The translations under genes and the position numbers were made by a program. DNA of 63,333 nucleotides, counting the filler, from Reticulomyxa filosa (taxonomy: Eukaryota > Protista > Foraminifera): the NCBI GenBank assembly GCA_000512085.1. It is 18 parts of 18 records of this genome, joined end to end, with 100 filler letters (N's around TTAATTAATTAA, not from the genome) between each part and the next. Parts side by side here need not be neighbours in the genome. Positions count along the whole stretch, not along the records: positions 1 to 1,660 come from ASPP01010189.1; positions 1,761 to 2,893 come from ASPP01016274.1; positions 2,994 to 4,198 come from ASPP01000740.1; positions 4,299 to 7,960 come from ASPP01016763.1; positions 8,061 to 9,187 come from ASPP01007106.1; positions 9,288 to 11,586 come from ASPP01027299.1; positions 11,687 to 24,353 come from ASPP01012030.1; 11 more parts are not named here. The stretch is one strand, 5' to 3'. Shown piece after piece: positions 1-12,813 of the stretch. Numbering within the stretch: the stretch's first letter is position 1; every line of letters starts with the position of its first letter. The notes beneath the pieces were generated by a model. It saw nothing but the letters and a program-made list of their open reading frames with translations, made no database searches and was not told where the DNA came from.

Positions 1-96
1 TAAAAAAAAAAAAAAAAAAAAAAAAGGGAAAAAAAAAAGGGGAGCCACTAAAAAAAAAAAAAAAAGAATCAGCGAGAGATGGAGGGCAACTTAACA

Positions 97-1563
97 AACA
101 CAATGAACACACGCGAACGAATTTGTCTTCAGTGTTTCGATCTGGCAATTTATTTATACTGCAGTCTGAGCAAATCAGGTTGCCACTATTATATTCACGT
201 ACATTCCAGAGTTTTTTTACATATATGCAAATAGATCGCAAAAAAAAAAAAAAAAAAAAATTACCAATATCGACAATGATGCCTGCGTCGTGCCCATGAG
301 AAAGATTTGCTGCAGGTATTGACCATGCACTTTTCACTAAAGTCATCTGGTAACCACATTGGTGCTGTGACTTTTTTACTGTCGCAAGCGCGTGTGGCTT
401 CCAGTACCGTCGACATTTTATTCAACTGAAAAAAAGAGAGAGGAAGGAAAGGGTACACACAGACTGAACTTTTTCATCACCGCCTCTCTTTTTTAGTTTA
501 AAAAAAAAAAAAAAAAAATTCAAAACGCATTCACGTATATCTTGAACCCATCCACTCTTTTCATTCGAGTCATTGGCGTAAACTAAGAAGGACTTGACAG
601 TGGAGTGTATTTCGAAGCACAAGTTTCCATATTTGGGGTTGTTTTGGACGTCCACGATTCGGAAGTGGCAGTCAAACGGAATCTTTTGATGGAGCGACAG
701 CTTGTCCGTGGCATTCTTGGAGCAATACACCAGCAAGTCGCTGAACAGAATGAACCAGTATTTGCTGTCTTTATTGCGACACACTTTTACCAAATAGCCT
801 TCGCGCACATGATGGCGAGCTGGAGATATCAGCAAAACTCCGCCTCCAAATTGTTGCTCGATGTCTCGTACATACTTTCGCGATGAAAACTCTTTTATGC
901 GCGTGTTTATTGTCGAATTCACCGCTGCAATTTGTTTCAATGTGTTTTCAATGTCCCCATAATCTGGATGATTTTTATTTGTCAATTTAAGGAGCTCCTT
1001 TTTTTTTCCCCCCCCCCCACCCACACATACAAACAAACAAGTCAAATATTGTTATTTTTTTATTGCACATTCGAGACACTTTTTTTTTTTTTTTAACTCG
1101 AAAACAAAGTTCATAGCGGGGCACACGTTGAATTGGAAGGATCAAAAAACTGGACAATGGCAAACCTTTGCTTCGAGAGTCCGCTTGCTGTTGCGCGCAA
1201 AAACGTTGGAACTGTTCGCCATCACACACACATATACATTTATATACATGTACCATACATCTCCAATGCATCCATATACATTGGTGAACAAAGAGACAAC
1301 AAATGGAAAAGTACTTTTTCCGAATTTTCCAATTCTTCCAACATTTTCGATGCTTTGTCGTGATTATTCACATAACTTTTTTTTTTTGAATGTGCGTATA
1401 TGTTATAAGGAGAGCACACAAACACATCTGCTGTAATGTTGCGAAATAGAATTTGGCTCAACTTTTGGTACATTTTAAAAAACGGCGCAAATTTAATAAA
1501 CTCGTTTCCAATTGTCGATTTTTCATTGTCCCAACACTCCAACTTGTCTTTCAATACTTTTGC
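97..1563 (-). CDS. RhoGEF (DH)-PH-FYVE protein, FGD-like; partial, multi-exon
   Basis: Spliced translation gives DH motif FLILPIQRVPRYELCFRELLK, a PH domain (REGYLVKVC...YWFILFSDLLVY...EKSGWVQDI) and FYVE (WLPDD...RRRHHCRYCGNLICSDC...VRVCSLC). GT-AG introns at e.g. 998-1097 and 1376-1462. Confidence 0.92.
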
Positions 1564-1620
1564 CAAGGGGAGAGAGGGGGAAAAAAAAAACAAGTAAAAA
1601 TAAAGAGTGTGTGTTGCAAG

Positions 1621-1660
<40 letters not shown>

Positions 1661-1760
1661 NNNNNNNNNNNNNNNNNNNNNNNNNNNNNNNNNNNNNNNN
1701 NNNNTTAATTAATTAANNNNNNNNNNNNNNNNNNNNNNNNNNNNNNNNNNNNNNNNNNNN
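1661..1760. other. Artificial contig-joining spacer (N44-TTAATTAATTAA-N44), first of 17
   Basis: Identical 100-nt spacer with stops in all six frames. Also at 2894, 4199, 7961, 9188, 11587, 24354, 26391, 28872, 34013, 41252, 42473, 43573, 48849, 51308, 55716 and 59226. Confidence 0.98.
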
Positions 1761-1843
1761 TGCCTCCTCGTCCTCTCCCCCTTTTTCCCCTCCCCTCCCC
1801 CCTCCCTCCTCCATGAAAAACAGAAAACACTTGGTACTCCAAC

Positions 1844-2052
1844 CTGACTCCCTACTACTGCTATCTGTGGTAAGTCAATCGGCTGATGTCCGACTTTTGC
1901 AAAGACATCTTGCAACCTGTTAATCGTCTGTTTTGCAACACAACCACACTTCCTGCTTTTTCACTCCCTTTTTATTACTTTTCGCTTTTTTTTCTTCACT
2001 AATACACCAAGATACTCAAAAAAAACACACTGACCGGGATCAGCTGTTCCAT
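1844..2052 (-). CDS. Dynamin-related GTPase, first two exons (3' part beyond the contig)
   Basis: Spliced MEQLIP|TINRLQDVFAKVGHQPIDLPQIAVVGSQ is the canonical dynamin/Drp1/Vps1 N-terminus leading into G1. Confidence 0.9.
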
Positions 2053-2277
2053 CTTTGCCTATGTGATTCACAATTTTTTTTTTTTTATATCTTTCCCTCC
2101 CCCCCCGCTTTGCTGCTTTCTTTTTTACTCAATTAAAACCTTTTTTTTTGTTTGGAAGTGACCAGTGGCTGTTAAAGACCTTAATTTCAGAATACGAGTT
2201 TAAAAAAAAAAGAAATTTTTTTGTTTGTGAGCCAGGAGAGGAAAGAGCGAGGGGGAGAAAAAACCAAAAAAAAGATT

Positions 2278-2738
2278 ATGCACGCGAAATCAGTAATCAA
2301 AAAGGCAAAATTTAGTTTTGCTCGACTAACCTCGTATTCGTATTCAACACATCCAAAGTTATCATCGTTTTTCTTGATACCAGGACAGACATTGCCAAAG
2401 AAAGTGAAGATAGTGGAAGTGGGTCCAAGAGACGGGTTGCAAAATGAGCCAGCGGACAAGGCAATATCGAAAGCGTTTAAAGTGGAGCTGGTGAACCGAT
2501 TGTCCGACACGGGACTGAAGAACATCGAGACAGGTGCGTTTGTGAGTCCGAAATGGATACCACAAATGGCGAACTCCTTGGAGGTGTTTAAGGAGATCCG
2601 AAGGAAGCCAGGAGTGACATATTCATGTCTGACACCGAACCTGAAAGGATTAGAAGCAGCAATTGAGGCCAAAGCAAGCGAAATTGCAGTGTTTGCGGCG
2701 GCGTCGGAATCGTTTTCGCAAAAGAACATAAATTGTAG
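2278..2738 (+). CDS. HMGCL: Hydroxymethylglutaryl-CoA lyase, 5' part
   Basis: Motifs [37 protein letters not shown] and [15 protein letters not shown]. Basic, Ser-rich presequence. GT donor at 2739. Confidence 0.95.
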
Positions 2739-2993
2739 GTATGCATATTTATACCTTTTTTTTTTTTTTTTTGAATAAACTAATTTTTTAAAAATGTAAT
2801 TATTATCAAACTTTTTTTTTTTTTTTTTTTTGGACTTTGTGTGTATGTGTGGGGGGGACCGCCTTCCCCTTTTTTTTTTTTTTTTTTTTTTTTNNNNNNN
2901 NNNNNNNNNNNNNNNNNNNNNNNNNNNNNNNNNNNNNTTAATTAATTAANNNNNNNNNNNNNNNNNNNNNNNNNNNNNNNNNNNNNNNNNNNN

Positions 2994-3420
2994 ATGATTA
3001 TGATAATGATATGATGAAAATTTCACACAATTTACATGACTTGAATGTCCTTTGAATGATTGAATTTGTTTGTTGTTATCAACATCCCATACACGAACTG
3101 TGTTATCACCTGATCCAGAATAAATGAATTGACAATAATCAAGTGTTGAATAATCAATACTCCACACATAACTGGTATGTCCAGTGAATGTATTGATTAA
3201 TTTGGATGATGAACGAAATGTGTCAAATATGAAAACAGTTGCCTATGTTAAATAAGCGTTTAAATATTTTGATTAGTATTTTAAAAAGAAAGAGCAAATG
3301 GACTAACATAATCGACAACGAGTTTATCGAAATCTTCGATCCATCCTAATTGAATGTTTAATGTTGGATCCAATGATGAATAATAATTTGGATCTCTTCT
3401 TCTTCTTTTTCTTTTGACTA
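2994..3420 (-). CDS. WD40-repeat family protein, partial, possibly decayed
   Basis: FTGHTSYVWSIDYS...SGSGDNTVRVWDV...FKGHSSHVNCVKFS, plus an upstream exon IQIIIHHWIQHLNIQLGWIEDFDKLV. Confidence 0.85.
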
Positions 3421-4087
3421 TTTCAATTACAGGTATAACGCTAAATAAAAGAAAGACTAAAAACGTAAAGACAACTTAGACTTAACTTTGACTGATAAGT
3501 TTAAGTTCATTCTTGTAACTTTTTTTCTTTTTTTCTTGATATATTTTGATGATGCAAGGTGAAAAAAATGGTTGAACTTTTGTTTAAAAAAGGAAAAACT
3601 GAATTAACGTGTACACAAACATTTTGAAATGAAAGATAAATATTACATTTTGTAAAATATATTTACGTCACAACAACAATTCTATAATGCAAAAATTGTA
3701 AGGTTAGATATTTGTGAATGAAATAAATAAGTTCATATTTATAATTATTCCTTTAATGTTAACAATTTCAATTCAATTTTCATATTTGATTAAAAATAGC
3801 GAAGATACAACAATGTTAATTTCCATAAATGTTCTTAAGCAAGGACTGCAATCAGATGGATGTGTAAGTGAATGTACAAATTGTACAAACGTCAAAATAT
3901 ACTTTTGCAACAAAGTAATAGATATTGACACCTCTACCCAAAATTAAAAATAATAAAAAAGATTTATCAAAATCTTTTTAATTATGTATTAAACTCAATT
4001 TTAAACAATTACAGATATTATTATCCAATTGCTCATGAAAGGAGTATTTTTGTGATTAAAGTAATTCATTGAATTTTTTGCAAAATA

Positions 4088-4198
4088 CAATAGAATGCAA
4101 AGTAAAGTTGACACCTAAAATGGCACCTTATAGAAATGATTGATTTTCTACATGAAAACAACATTCAGACCTAATTTTTTTAAAAAATATCTACAAAT
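4088..4198 (+). mobile_element. Terminal segment of a Tc1/mariner-like MITE family (TA|CA[G/A]TAGAATGCAAAG...)
   Basis: Nearly identical to 51275-51307. Similar to 49275-49370, 49855-49910 (rc), 50079-50160 and 55875-55972 (rc). Confidence 0.7.
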
Positions 4199-4308
4199 NN
4201 NNNNNNNNNNNNNNNNNNNNNNNNNNNNNNNNNNNNNNNNNNTTAATTAATTAANNNNNNNNNNNNNNNNNNNNNNNNNNNNNNNNNNNNNNNNNNNNAA
4301 AAAAAAAT

Positions 4309-4344
<36 letters not shown>

Positions 4345-4354
4345 ACAACAAACA

Positions 4355-5540
4355 GCAAGGTCGTATTCTTGACGATTCATAAGTTGATAATGCATGCACT
4401 TATCCAAATTTGCCACATTTTCCATTTGTCTCATATCGGGATGGTCTTGTGGGTTAGTGAACAGACAAGACAGATTACCACTGTGCGATCGTCGCCAGTC
4501 GTGCTTCGAATGCAGTTTGCTTTTTTTGTGACTTCCCTTTGTGTTTGTATGCGCGGCGACTTCTGATTTCATTGAAACATTGTCTTCGTCTATAAAGACA
4601 GAATTGTGTTGTTGGTGTGGATGAAACTGATGTTGAGGTTGAGGTTGAGGTTGAGGTTGAGGTTGATGTTGATGTTGGGGTTGATGCTGATGCTGATATT
4701 GATATGGATGTTGATATTGATATTGATATGGGTGTAACTGTTGGTCTTGGTGTTGTTGGTCTATCCATTGTCCATTGTTTGTATACGTTGCACTATACGC
4801 TGATAACGAGTTGGAAATGGTGTCCTCATTCAGTTGTTTCATTGTCCATTCTGTGTCTTCCAATGTCTGTGTTTGTGTCAATGCACGATGTTTCGACTTG
4901 GGAATGTGGATATATCTTCTCTTGTTGTTACTATTATTATTGTTATTGTCATTAACATGACCATTATTGTTGTCATTGTCATTGTCATTGTCATTGTCAT
5001 GTTCTATTGCTATGGTGGTCATTGTTGTCGCTGTTGTCGCTGGCTTGTTCTTATCATTGTAGTCTTTGTTTATTGGGTTGTTTTTTTTCGATGAGTTTGT
5101 GTGCGATCCAACTGTTTCATTCATTTCTACAGAGGTCAATACTTCATCATTATGGTGTTCCAATTCACCATCTGATGATAATGAATTGCCACTGGAGTGG
5201 AGCTTTTTTTTTTTTTTTCGACACAAACAAACAAAAAAAAAACAAGTCACATTTGTCCATTGTTACTGGAAAAATAAAAAATAAAAAAATACCTGTATTT
5301 GTTGATGTGATTGTTTCAAATCTTGAATCGCTTTAAGCAACATATGACGTGTGCCAAAGGCATGAATTCCCATTTCGTCACGAAGTATGCTAGTATCCAG
5401 TGATAACAATGCGTCCCCATACACTTTATGTTCCTCAAAAATTGGCACTATTTCATCAAAGGCCCCATCATTTGTTGATCTGAGCCATGATGAAACTTGC
5501 TCTACTGACCAATTGCGAATGTCACTGTTTACTCCTTGCC
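4355..5540 (-). CDS. SAM-domain protein with a long Asn/Gln/His/Pro low-complexity region; partial
   Basis: NWSVEQVSSWL...IFEEHKVYGDALLSLD...LRDEMGIHAFGTRHMLLKAIQDL is a SAM domain. Intron 5203-5292 joins it to the 4309-5250 ORF. Confidence 0.85.
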
Positions 5541-5960
5541 TGTAGAAGCATTCAAACTACCTTTTTTTTTCAGTGTCTTTTTTTTCTCTTGACCCACTCG
5601 GTTTTTCTGATAAGGCATTACTCTACTCTAGTATTCTACAAAAGAAACAGGCAAAAAACAACATACATTTCAATAAAGTAGAGCTATGATTTTGCGTTTT
5701 CAGTTTTGAATTTAGTTATGAGAAAAAAATAACGTTCCCCAAGGGCTGTTTTCTGTTGTTTTTCAACAACAGAAATTTGTCTAAAAAACGGTCTAAAAAA
5801 TTGATTTGCATACTTTTTTTATCTTTGACAGAAACGCCGCAACAATCCTCAAATTTTGATTATCGATCGAGAATGATGAGAAATGTTGTCGATTTTCAGT
5901 TAGACAGTTAACATTAAATTCTATCATGAAAAAAAAAGTGTTACCAAAACCACAAAAATG

Positions 5961-7303
5961 TCACGGCAACAAAATTTTTTCCAAAAAGTGAAGTTGCGCT
6001 CTAATATTTTGTTCAAATGATTCCCCAGCATAAACATCAAAATGTCCACAATCCAATAAGGCCATTTCTGCATGCGGTGTTTTCTTAAGCGCATACTGAA
6101 CTCGTTCCATTGGACACAATTTGTCTTTCTTTGCAGCAATATATAAAACTTTTGTGTTTGGAGAAATTTTTTCCACAGATGCAACTGGACGATAAGTCAG
6201 CACATCAAATAAAGGGCGAATCAAAGCTCCGTTTTTCCAATCATTTGGTCGATTTCTTAAGGAAGGATGCAAACAAACAAAAAAAGGATTTATCCATGTT
6301 ATGTTCTTTTTTTTTTTATATATATAAATAAATTGTTAGCAAAAAAAAAAAAAGAACTTGGGATGCTTTTCAAGCCAGCTTTCTTGTGGTTCTCCAATCA
6401 ATTCCCAATAATTCATGGCCAATCGAAAAGGTTGAGTTGATTGGTGGGCATAAATGGGACCATAAATCTCTGGCATGCCAAGCCAATGGCGAATGTTCGC
6501 TGAGATGGATCCAAGCAATCCCAACCCAATGACTTTGAGACCACGTTTTTTCATTTCATCCAACTTACTTTCATGAGGGGTATTACCCATAAATGGAACC
6601 TGCGATATCACCGCTGCTAACGACGGCAAGTCACTTGCTGCTTTTATCACATGTCCACCTCCGTAGCTGATTTTTAAGAATATGTGAAAAAAAATAAAAA
6701 TAAAAAAGATCCACGAATTTTCGGGAATGTGCAATTTTTTTTTTTTTGAAAAAGTGAACCTTTAAATGTATGCATAAAGATTGACTGAACGAACCTTGAG
6801 CCCCATAAAACAATTCTCTTTTTATCAACAAATGACAATGACTGTACATAAGCAACTGCGTTTTTAAAGTCTTGAACATGACGGGTGGGTGACAAGTAAT
6901 GCCTTGGTAAACCTGGCGAACGACCGTAAGTGCGATAGTCGAAAGCCAATACGGCCAATCCTTGATTTGCAAACTTCTCTGCAAATCGCTGCAAACCTTG
7001 ATCTCTTGTGCTTCCAATTCCGTGCCCCATTATTATTATTGGAAACTCCCCTTTTGTATTTTTATATTTTGACTTCTCAGACGCGGGCTCATATAAATCA
7101 CCGCTGCATTGTCCATCCTCTGATGAAAATGTTATACTTTGAAGCTTTACATCTTTGTCCAGTGTAGACACCCACTTTTCTTCTAGCCCTGGCAACTCGG
7201 GCACATTTTCCCAGCCAATATAGAAATAATTTTGTGGCAACCACACCACCAACACATAGCCCGCAATTCCAAGAATAGCTCCAAACCAAAAAAGTGTTTT
7301 CAT
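5961..7303 (-). CDS. Alpha/beta-hydrolase (bacterial CocE/S15/AidA-like) with N-terminal signal or anchor; 3 exons
   Basis: Motifs MGHGIGS and AVLAFDYRTYGRSPG. The spliced nucleophile elbow reads WGS|SYGGGH. Also VISQVPF, acid AKKDKLC and CGHFDVY. Confidence 0.9.
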
Positions 7304-7924
7304 ATTTTTTAACTGTTGAAATTAGGACGAGGAACGTTTACGTTAACGTTTCACTAAACACGAGGGGTTTTCCTCTTTGCTTGCAGCAATAAACTCTTTT
7401 TCTTCGTTAGGAAGTCTTGTTGAAGCCATGAAATTAAATAAATAACGTTAATTCCAGTTTTATTTTTGAAGAATGGAAATCAATTAATACGTCGACTTTT
7501 CTACTTTGACACTTTGATTAAATGTAATAAGATTTGTGGTGTAGGAATAATGGGGGCTTCTTTTACCGTAGTAATTAATGGCACATTCTATTTTACCTTT
7601 TGTGTTGGAATTGACAGTAATTCATTCCAATGATGGATTAATTCGGTACTTTGATGTAGGTGGAGACGAATTCGTAGTGAAGCGTGTGTCTGACACGGGT
7701 CACAACGGGTCGAAGGGACATGGCATTCATATTTTCCATGAAATGTCACAATTTGTTAAGCCGGTATCATTGGAAGAGTTTTTGGTGTATAGTGCGTTTT
7801 GTATCGGCCTTGTGATGATTGGAGGTGATTTTTCTGAGTAATATTGTTTCGCATTGTGACATATACATAAATAAATGAATGTGCATAAAAGCATACATAC
7901 AAAACAAATGAGAAAGGAGAGGAG

Positions 7925-7960
<36 letters not shown>

Positions 7961-8060
7961 NNNNNNNNNNNNNNNNNNNNNNNNNNNNNNNNNNNNNNNN
8001 NNNNTTAATTAATTAANNNNNNNNNNNNNNNNNNNNNNNNNNNNNNNNNNNNNNNNNNNN

Positions 8061-8101
<41 letters not shown>

Positions 8102-8744
8102 CTATGATGATGATAATAATGGTGGCAATGGAAATGGACATAGAAATGGAAATGGATATCAAAATCAAATCCAAAGACGAAAACGCAACTCGCTGACGAA
8201 ACAGACGAACACGAAACGCAAGCAAGAAGACAAGCGATTGCAGCAATTGGTAATGTCGAGCAAGGAGAAGATCTTCAAGAGTATACTCGACTGTCTGATG
8301 ACAGAGTGTCCAGAGTTGCAACGGATGGACATCTCTTGCAGTATTGCCAGAGAGGCTCAAAACAGCAACACTCTCCCCGATATTGACTTGCTAACTGATA
8401 GCGACGACAATGACAATGACAATGACAATAATGATAATACTGATGATAATAGCAATGACAATGATCACGATGATGAGAGTGACAATAGTAATGCGAATAT
8501 TATGGACAATAACAGTCAATATAGCAATCCGAACAAAAAGACCAAAAGTCTCAATTACAAATACATACGCAAACACAACAACAACAACAACAATAACAAA
8601 GGCGCAGGCAAACACAAACGCAGACAAAGCGATTCCATCGCAAACAGCATCTTTTTTAATTTCTATGATTATTGGATGAAACATATTTTGTCACGTTCCA
8701 ATGTCTTTTTTCCTTTTATCCAAAATGATCATTACTACAATACT

Positions 8745-8782
<38 letters not shown>

Positions 8783-9150
8783 TAATAATAATGTAATAAA
8801 TTCAAATGCTTATCTTAAACACTTGGAAGATATTCGATTTCGTATTGATCAATGGAGTTGTCGATGGTCTGCCATTCGTGGCTTTTTACGCCATTTTGCG
8901 CCTCGCTTGAAATGTATACGTGTCTCTTTGCAAGACAACAGCGCCAATGCGACCAATTGTTATTACCATCTCATCCGCCATCTCGCTCGGCAAAGGAAGT
9001 CCTTTGTCCTGCTGCAGTCCATTCACATTTCGCAAGAGCATCTCAATATCCGCGAGGACCAGCACTCCCTAGTGTGCGAGTGCGTTCAAAAATGGATTCC
9101 CCTTTTGTTGGCCGAATACAAATCTCAATTGAATGTTTACCAATTCTGTC
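8061..9150 (+). CDS. Hypothetical Asn/Asp-rich protein, weakly LRR/F-box-like; partial
   Basis: Long open frame with CPELQRMDIS, FAPRLKCIRVS and LLQSIHIS segments between (GAT)n and (AAT)n tracts. Confidence 0.55.
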
Positions 9151-9289
9151 TTTTTTTTTTTTTTTTTTTTTTTTTAGTGAAAAGTTTNNNNNNNNNNNNN
9201 NNNNNNNNNNNNNNNNNNNNNNNNNNNNNNNTTAATTAATTAANNNNNNNNNNNNNNNNNNNNNNNNNNNNNNNNNNNNNNNNNNNNAA

Positions 9290-9820
9290 CAAGCCCATTT
9301 GGCGTGTGTCTTATTAATTTTATTGTAATATCGAATTCCAACGATTATTTGTTTGGATTCCCGATTTGCAAAAATTCTATCTTTTTCTTTGTTTGTATCT
9401 AATAACATGACTGCTCGATATTGATAATCAAATACAATTTCATAATCTTTCCATTTTCCATCCTTTAACATGCATATCGTTTTTGGAATATAATATTTTC
9501 TTTTGTATCCATTATTTTTATCAATAAGATAATATTTAACAATACATGATTTGTTGTTAATCAATATTTGATAGCATTTCCAATAACCTTAAGAGTATGA
9601 TATCATTATTGGATAATACTAATTATCATTTCGTTTTTCAAATTTGAAAAAACTTGATCAACATTTCCACATAATTTATGACATTTGGATTTTAAATTAT
9701 TGTACAAATTCTTATCACTTATTTGTTGGTATTTTACATTTTGAGGATATTTTAAAAAATTCCATAAGATGTGTAATCTCATTTTTGTCATTATTTTTGA
9801 TTCATTATCTTCTTTCAATC
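9290..9820 (-). pseudogene. Degenerate member of an expanded family with a PUB-like segment
   Basis: ILWNFLKYPQNVKYQQI resembles the PUB motif. WKDYEIVFDYQYR follows. The frame is broken at ~9570-9610. Confidence 0.5.
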
Positions 9821-9859
9821 TGTCATTTCAAATAGCGACAAGAATTCTTTCTCAACAGT

Positions 9860-11069
9860 AATGCATGTATATATTATTTTGCTTGTCCGCATTTTAATCC
9901 TTCCTATGCAACTTGTGACAAATAATCAATTTCCATTCAGTTTATTTTTTGTTCCATTGCATTTGATCCAATTCCATAACATATAGCATATCAAAAATTT
10001 CTCATACAATTTCGAAATGGATATATTATCGAATCTATTTGTCTCTGGTTTATTTCGAATATCTTTTTTTTTTTCTCTTCATTATCATCATTATCATTAT
10101 TATCTTCTTTTTCTTCTTGTGCTTTAATCATCTGTTATCTTGTGAGATAACAAAACAAACGCAAATACAATGAAATGTGACTCAACAACTTCAAACTCGG
10201 ATTGTCGATCAACATTCGCATCAATATATCTGCTTGATCACAATCCTTTTAATCGTCATCATCACTGTCTCTTGTGACACTTTGAAAGTATGCACAAATA
10301 TACTTTCGATGTCTTGGACTGAAATTCAATGATCTCAATCAGTCTCGCATTTTTCAGATCGATTTGTGACAATGGCACGATAATTTTTGCTTTCAATGCA
10401 ATATCGGAGCCATCGTTTTAATCCAGGATTTTGATTTAATTCGCTTGCAATCGCATCAAATCCATTCAAAATCACCAATCCATTCTTTGAATACACAATT
10501 TTTGTATCATTGGAATTCCACTTTGGAATGTTCAATGCATCCATTACTTTCAACCATTGATTTGTTATATTATCGCTGTCGCTGTCCTTGTCATTGTCAA
10601 ACACATGTGCAATCCTTCCAAATGGAATGTGCAACAGCCACTGAAATTGCATTTCATTCTTTGCCCACAAATATGCAATTACTTGTGTTCTACTTCCTGC
10701 TTTTCCACGAATGCTAATATGACGTATTCTCACTGTTTCTTCGTTCTCTTTTCTTTTCTCTCTTTCTTTGTCCTCAACCCAAAAATCTTGAAATTCTACT
10801 GTTTTCTGTCCACTACCGTAGGTCATGAAATAGTCCAGAGTGTTTAACCATTCTTCCGAGTCTTTCTCTTCTTTTTCCTCTTCAATTGCTTCGTTGTTGT
10901 CTTCCTCGTTATTTGATGTCCACTCACTTTTTTCTGGAAAGTATCTTTGTCTCAAAAGAGTCAAGCGGATGTAACAAATGTCTATAAGTTGGTTGTGATC
11001 ATCAAATAATGAAGCTAGTTTATTCTGAGACTTGCAGTGTTCTTTTAGTTTTTTTATTGTTGGTTCCAA
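9860..11069 (-). pseudogene. NACHT/STAND NTPase pseudogene
   Basis: Eroded Walker A (ISIRGKAGSRT), Walker B (VILNGFDAI), sensor IVTNR, then LLSHISLYLRLFC and ISKLYE..L.CYM.WNW. Stops and frameshifts below 10335. Confidence 0.8.
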
Positions 11070-12813
11070 TTTCTTGCTTCTACTTTTTTTGGAGATATTA
11101 ATGGTTCTTTTGTAAAGTTCCTTTCACAAAATACTTTACCCCTCCGATTATGGATTTTAAGATTGTAGTGAAAATTTTATTTTTTTTTTTGACAAGGATA
11201 AGAGCCTATAAAGAACCCTTTTTAATCACTTTGTGTAAGATTAGTTGCTTATGCACATTTTGAATGAAAAAAATGAAAACGCAAAAATTTGTGCGTCGTT
11301 TTTATCGTTTGGTCTCAATTCCAAGAAAACTACTAATTTATTCAAAATCGAAGTCGATTTTCATTTTTTGCTTTCAGACTGTTTGTTGTTGATAATCAAT
11401 GTGCAATGCATTTGTGCTTGATTTCAAAGACATTTATTTATTTTTTAAAAAAACTTTTGCGATTCTTCAAACATTATATATTTGATTACTAAATTGAATA
11501 AATTTAATTAATAATTATTTTTAAACAATAAAAATAAATTTTCATTTTTAAAGTAAAAAAATCAAAGGGTTTTTTTTTTAAAAAATNNNNNNNNNNNNNN
11601 NNNNNNNNNNNNNNNNNNNNNNNNNNNNNNTTAATTAATTAANNNNNNNNNNNNNNNNNNNNNNNNNNNNNNNNNNNNNNNNNNNNGTAGTTTTTAAATA
11701 TGATATTGATTTTTGAATACCTTTTTTTTATGTTGGAGAAAAATATCATTTGTTCAAATGATTTTTGAAAGTGGAAACACAAAGCATGTTTCCTATATTT
11801 ATCCATTGGTGTTGTGCAAGCGGGATTTGCTTGGCACTTGGTCTGAAAGTCTGCTCTGTCTAAGCCGGAAAAGCAATAATGAACAAAAATCGCGAACGTT
11901 GAAATTTGCTTGTGTGTGTTGAGGAAGCCAGGCGCATGTGGTTATGATATAGCATTGACTAATGTTTGATTTATCATTGCCATTTTATCACGAAACGCGC
12001 TTTGGATACACGATCTTTTGTATAGACTAGTTTGATTTAGAATGAAGGCCCAGTCGACAGTGTTATCGTATGGCTTCGTATTTTTATTGTAGTGAGTTAT
12101 TGATCTTCCACTTCGGACTTTGCGTCACATTCGACGCTTTGAACATATGAATGAATGAACGGTAATTGTTAGATTGCTGTCGTGCGAATGCGATGAGATT
12201 AAGGTAATCTTTCATTTCTTTTTGGCATCAGTATTTCTTTATTTCTCTACATTATAGTCATTTTCTTTAGTTTTTGGTTATTGATTCTTGGTTCCGGCGT
12301 CGAAGCCGCCTTTCTTCTTTTTTTCTGACCATGTGTCTTTTTCTTCTGTCATTCTCTATTTCGATATGGATATGCTGGTCAGTCTGTGATTAATCTCACT
12401 TTCTTTTAATATCTCCACCAGTCAACTGACTACGTATGTGCCAGATAATGATTAAGTGATTTTTTTTAGTAAAATCAAAGCATTAATCTAATATGTTACT
12501 TGTTAAAGTTTTAACAACTTATTCTCATCTTCACAAGTGGCACTTAGTGTTGTAGTTTTTTCTCGAACCTACTGTATGAATTTTTTTTACAGTCATGTTA
12601 TATAGCGCGTGCGGTTATACTTTATTCTGGAACAAGTAATAAGTTTGAAAACTTACTTTACTAAATTTTTTTGTAACGAACGCAAGAGTACACTTCAAGT
12701 TGACTTATTATTTGTTGCCAAGTTTATTGTGGATAAAACCGAAAGAAAAACTAAGTTTTTGTATTTTCATTGCTTCCAACACAACATACTGCAACAAAAT
12801 TTTGCAAGTAAAA

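Noticed and set aside
4475-5094. Overlapping repetitive ORFs (STSTS, VEVEV)
   Set aside because: Alternative frames of the microsatellites inside the SAM-domain gene.
7546-7841. Possible exon divergent from the hydrolase
   Set aside because: No consistent start or splice model and no recognisable homology.
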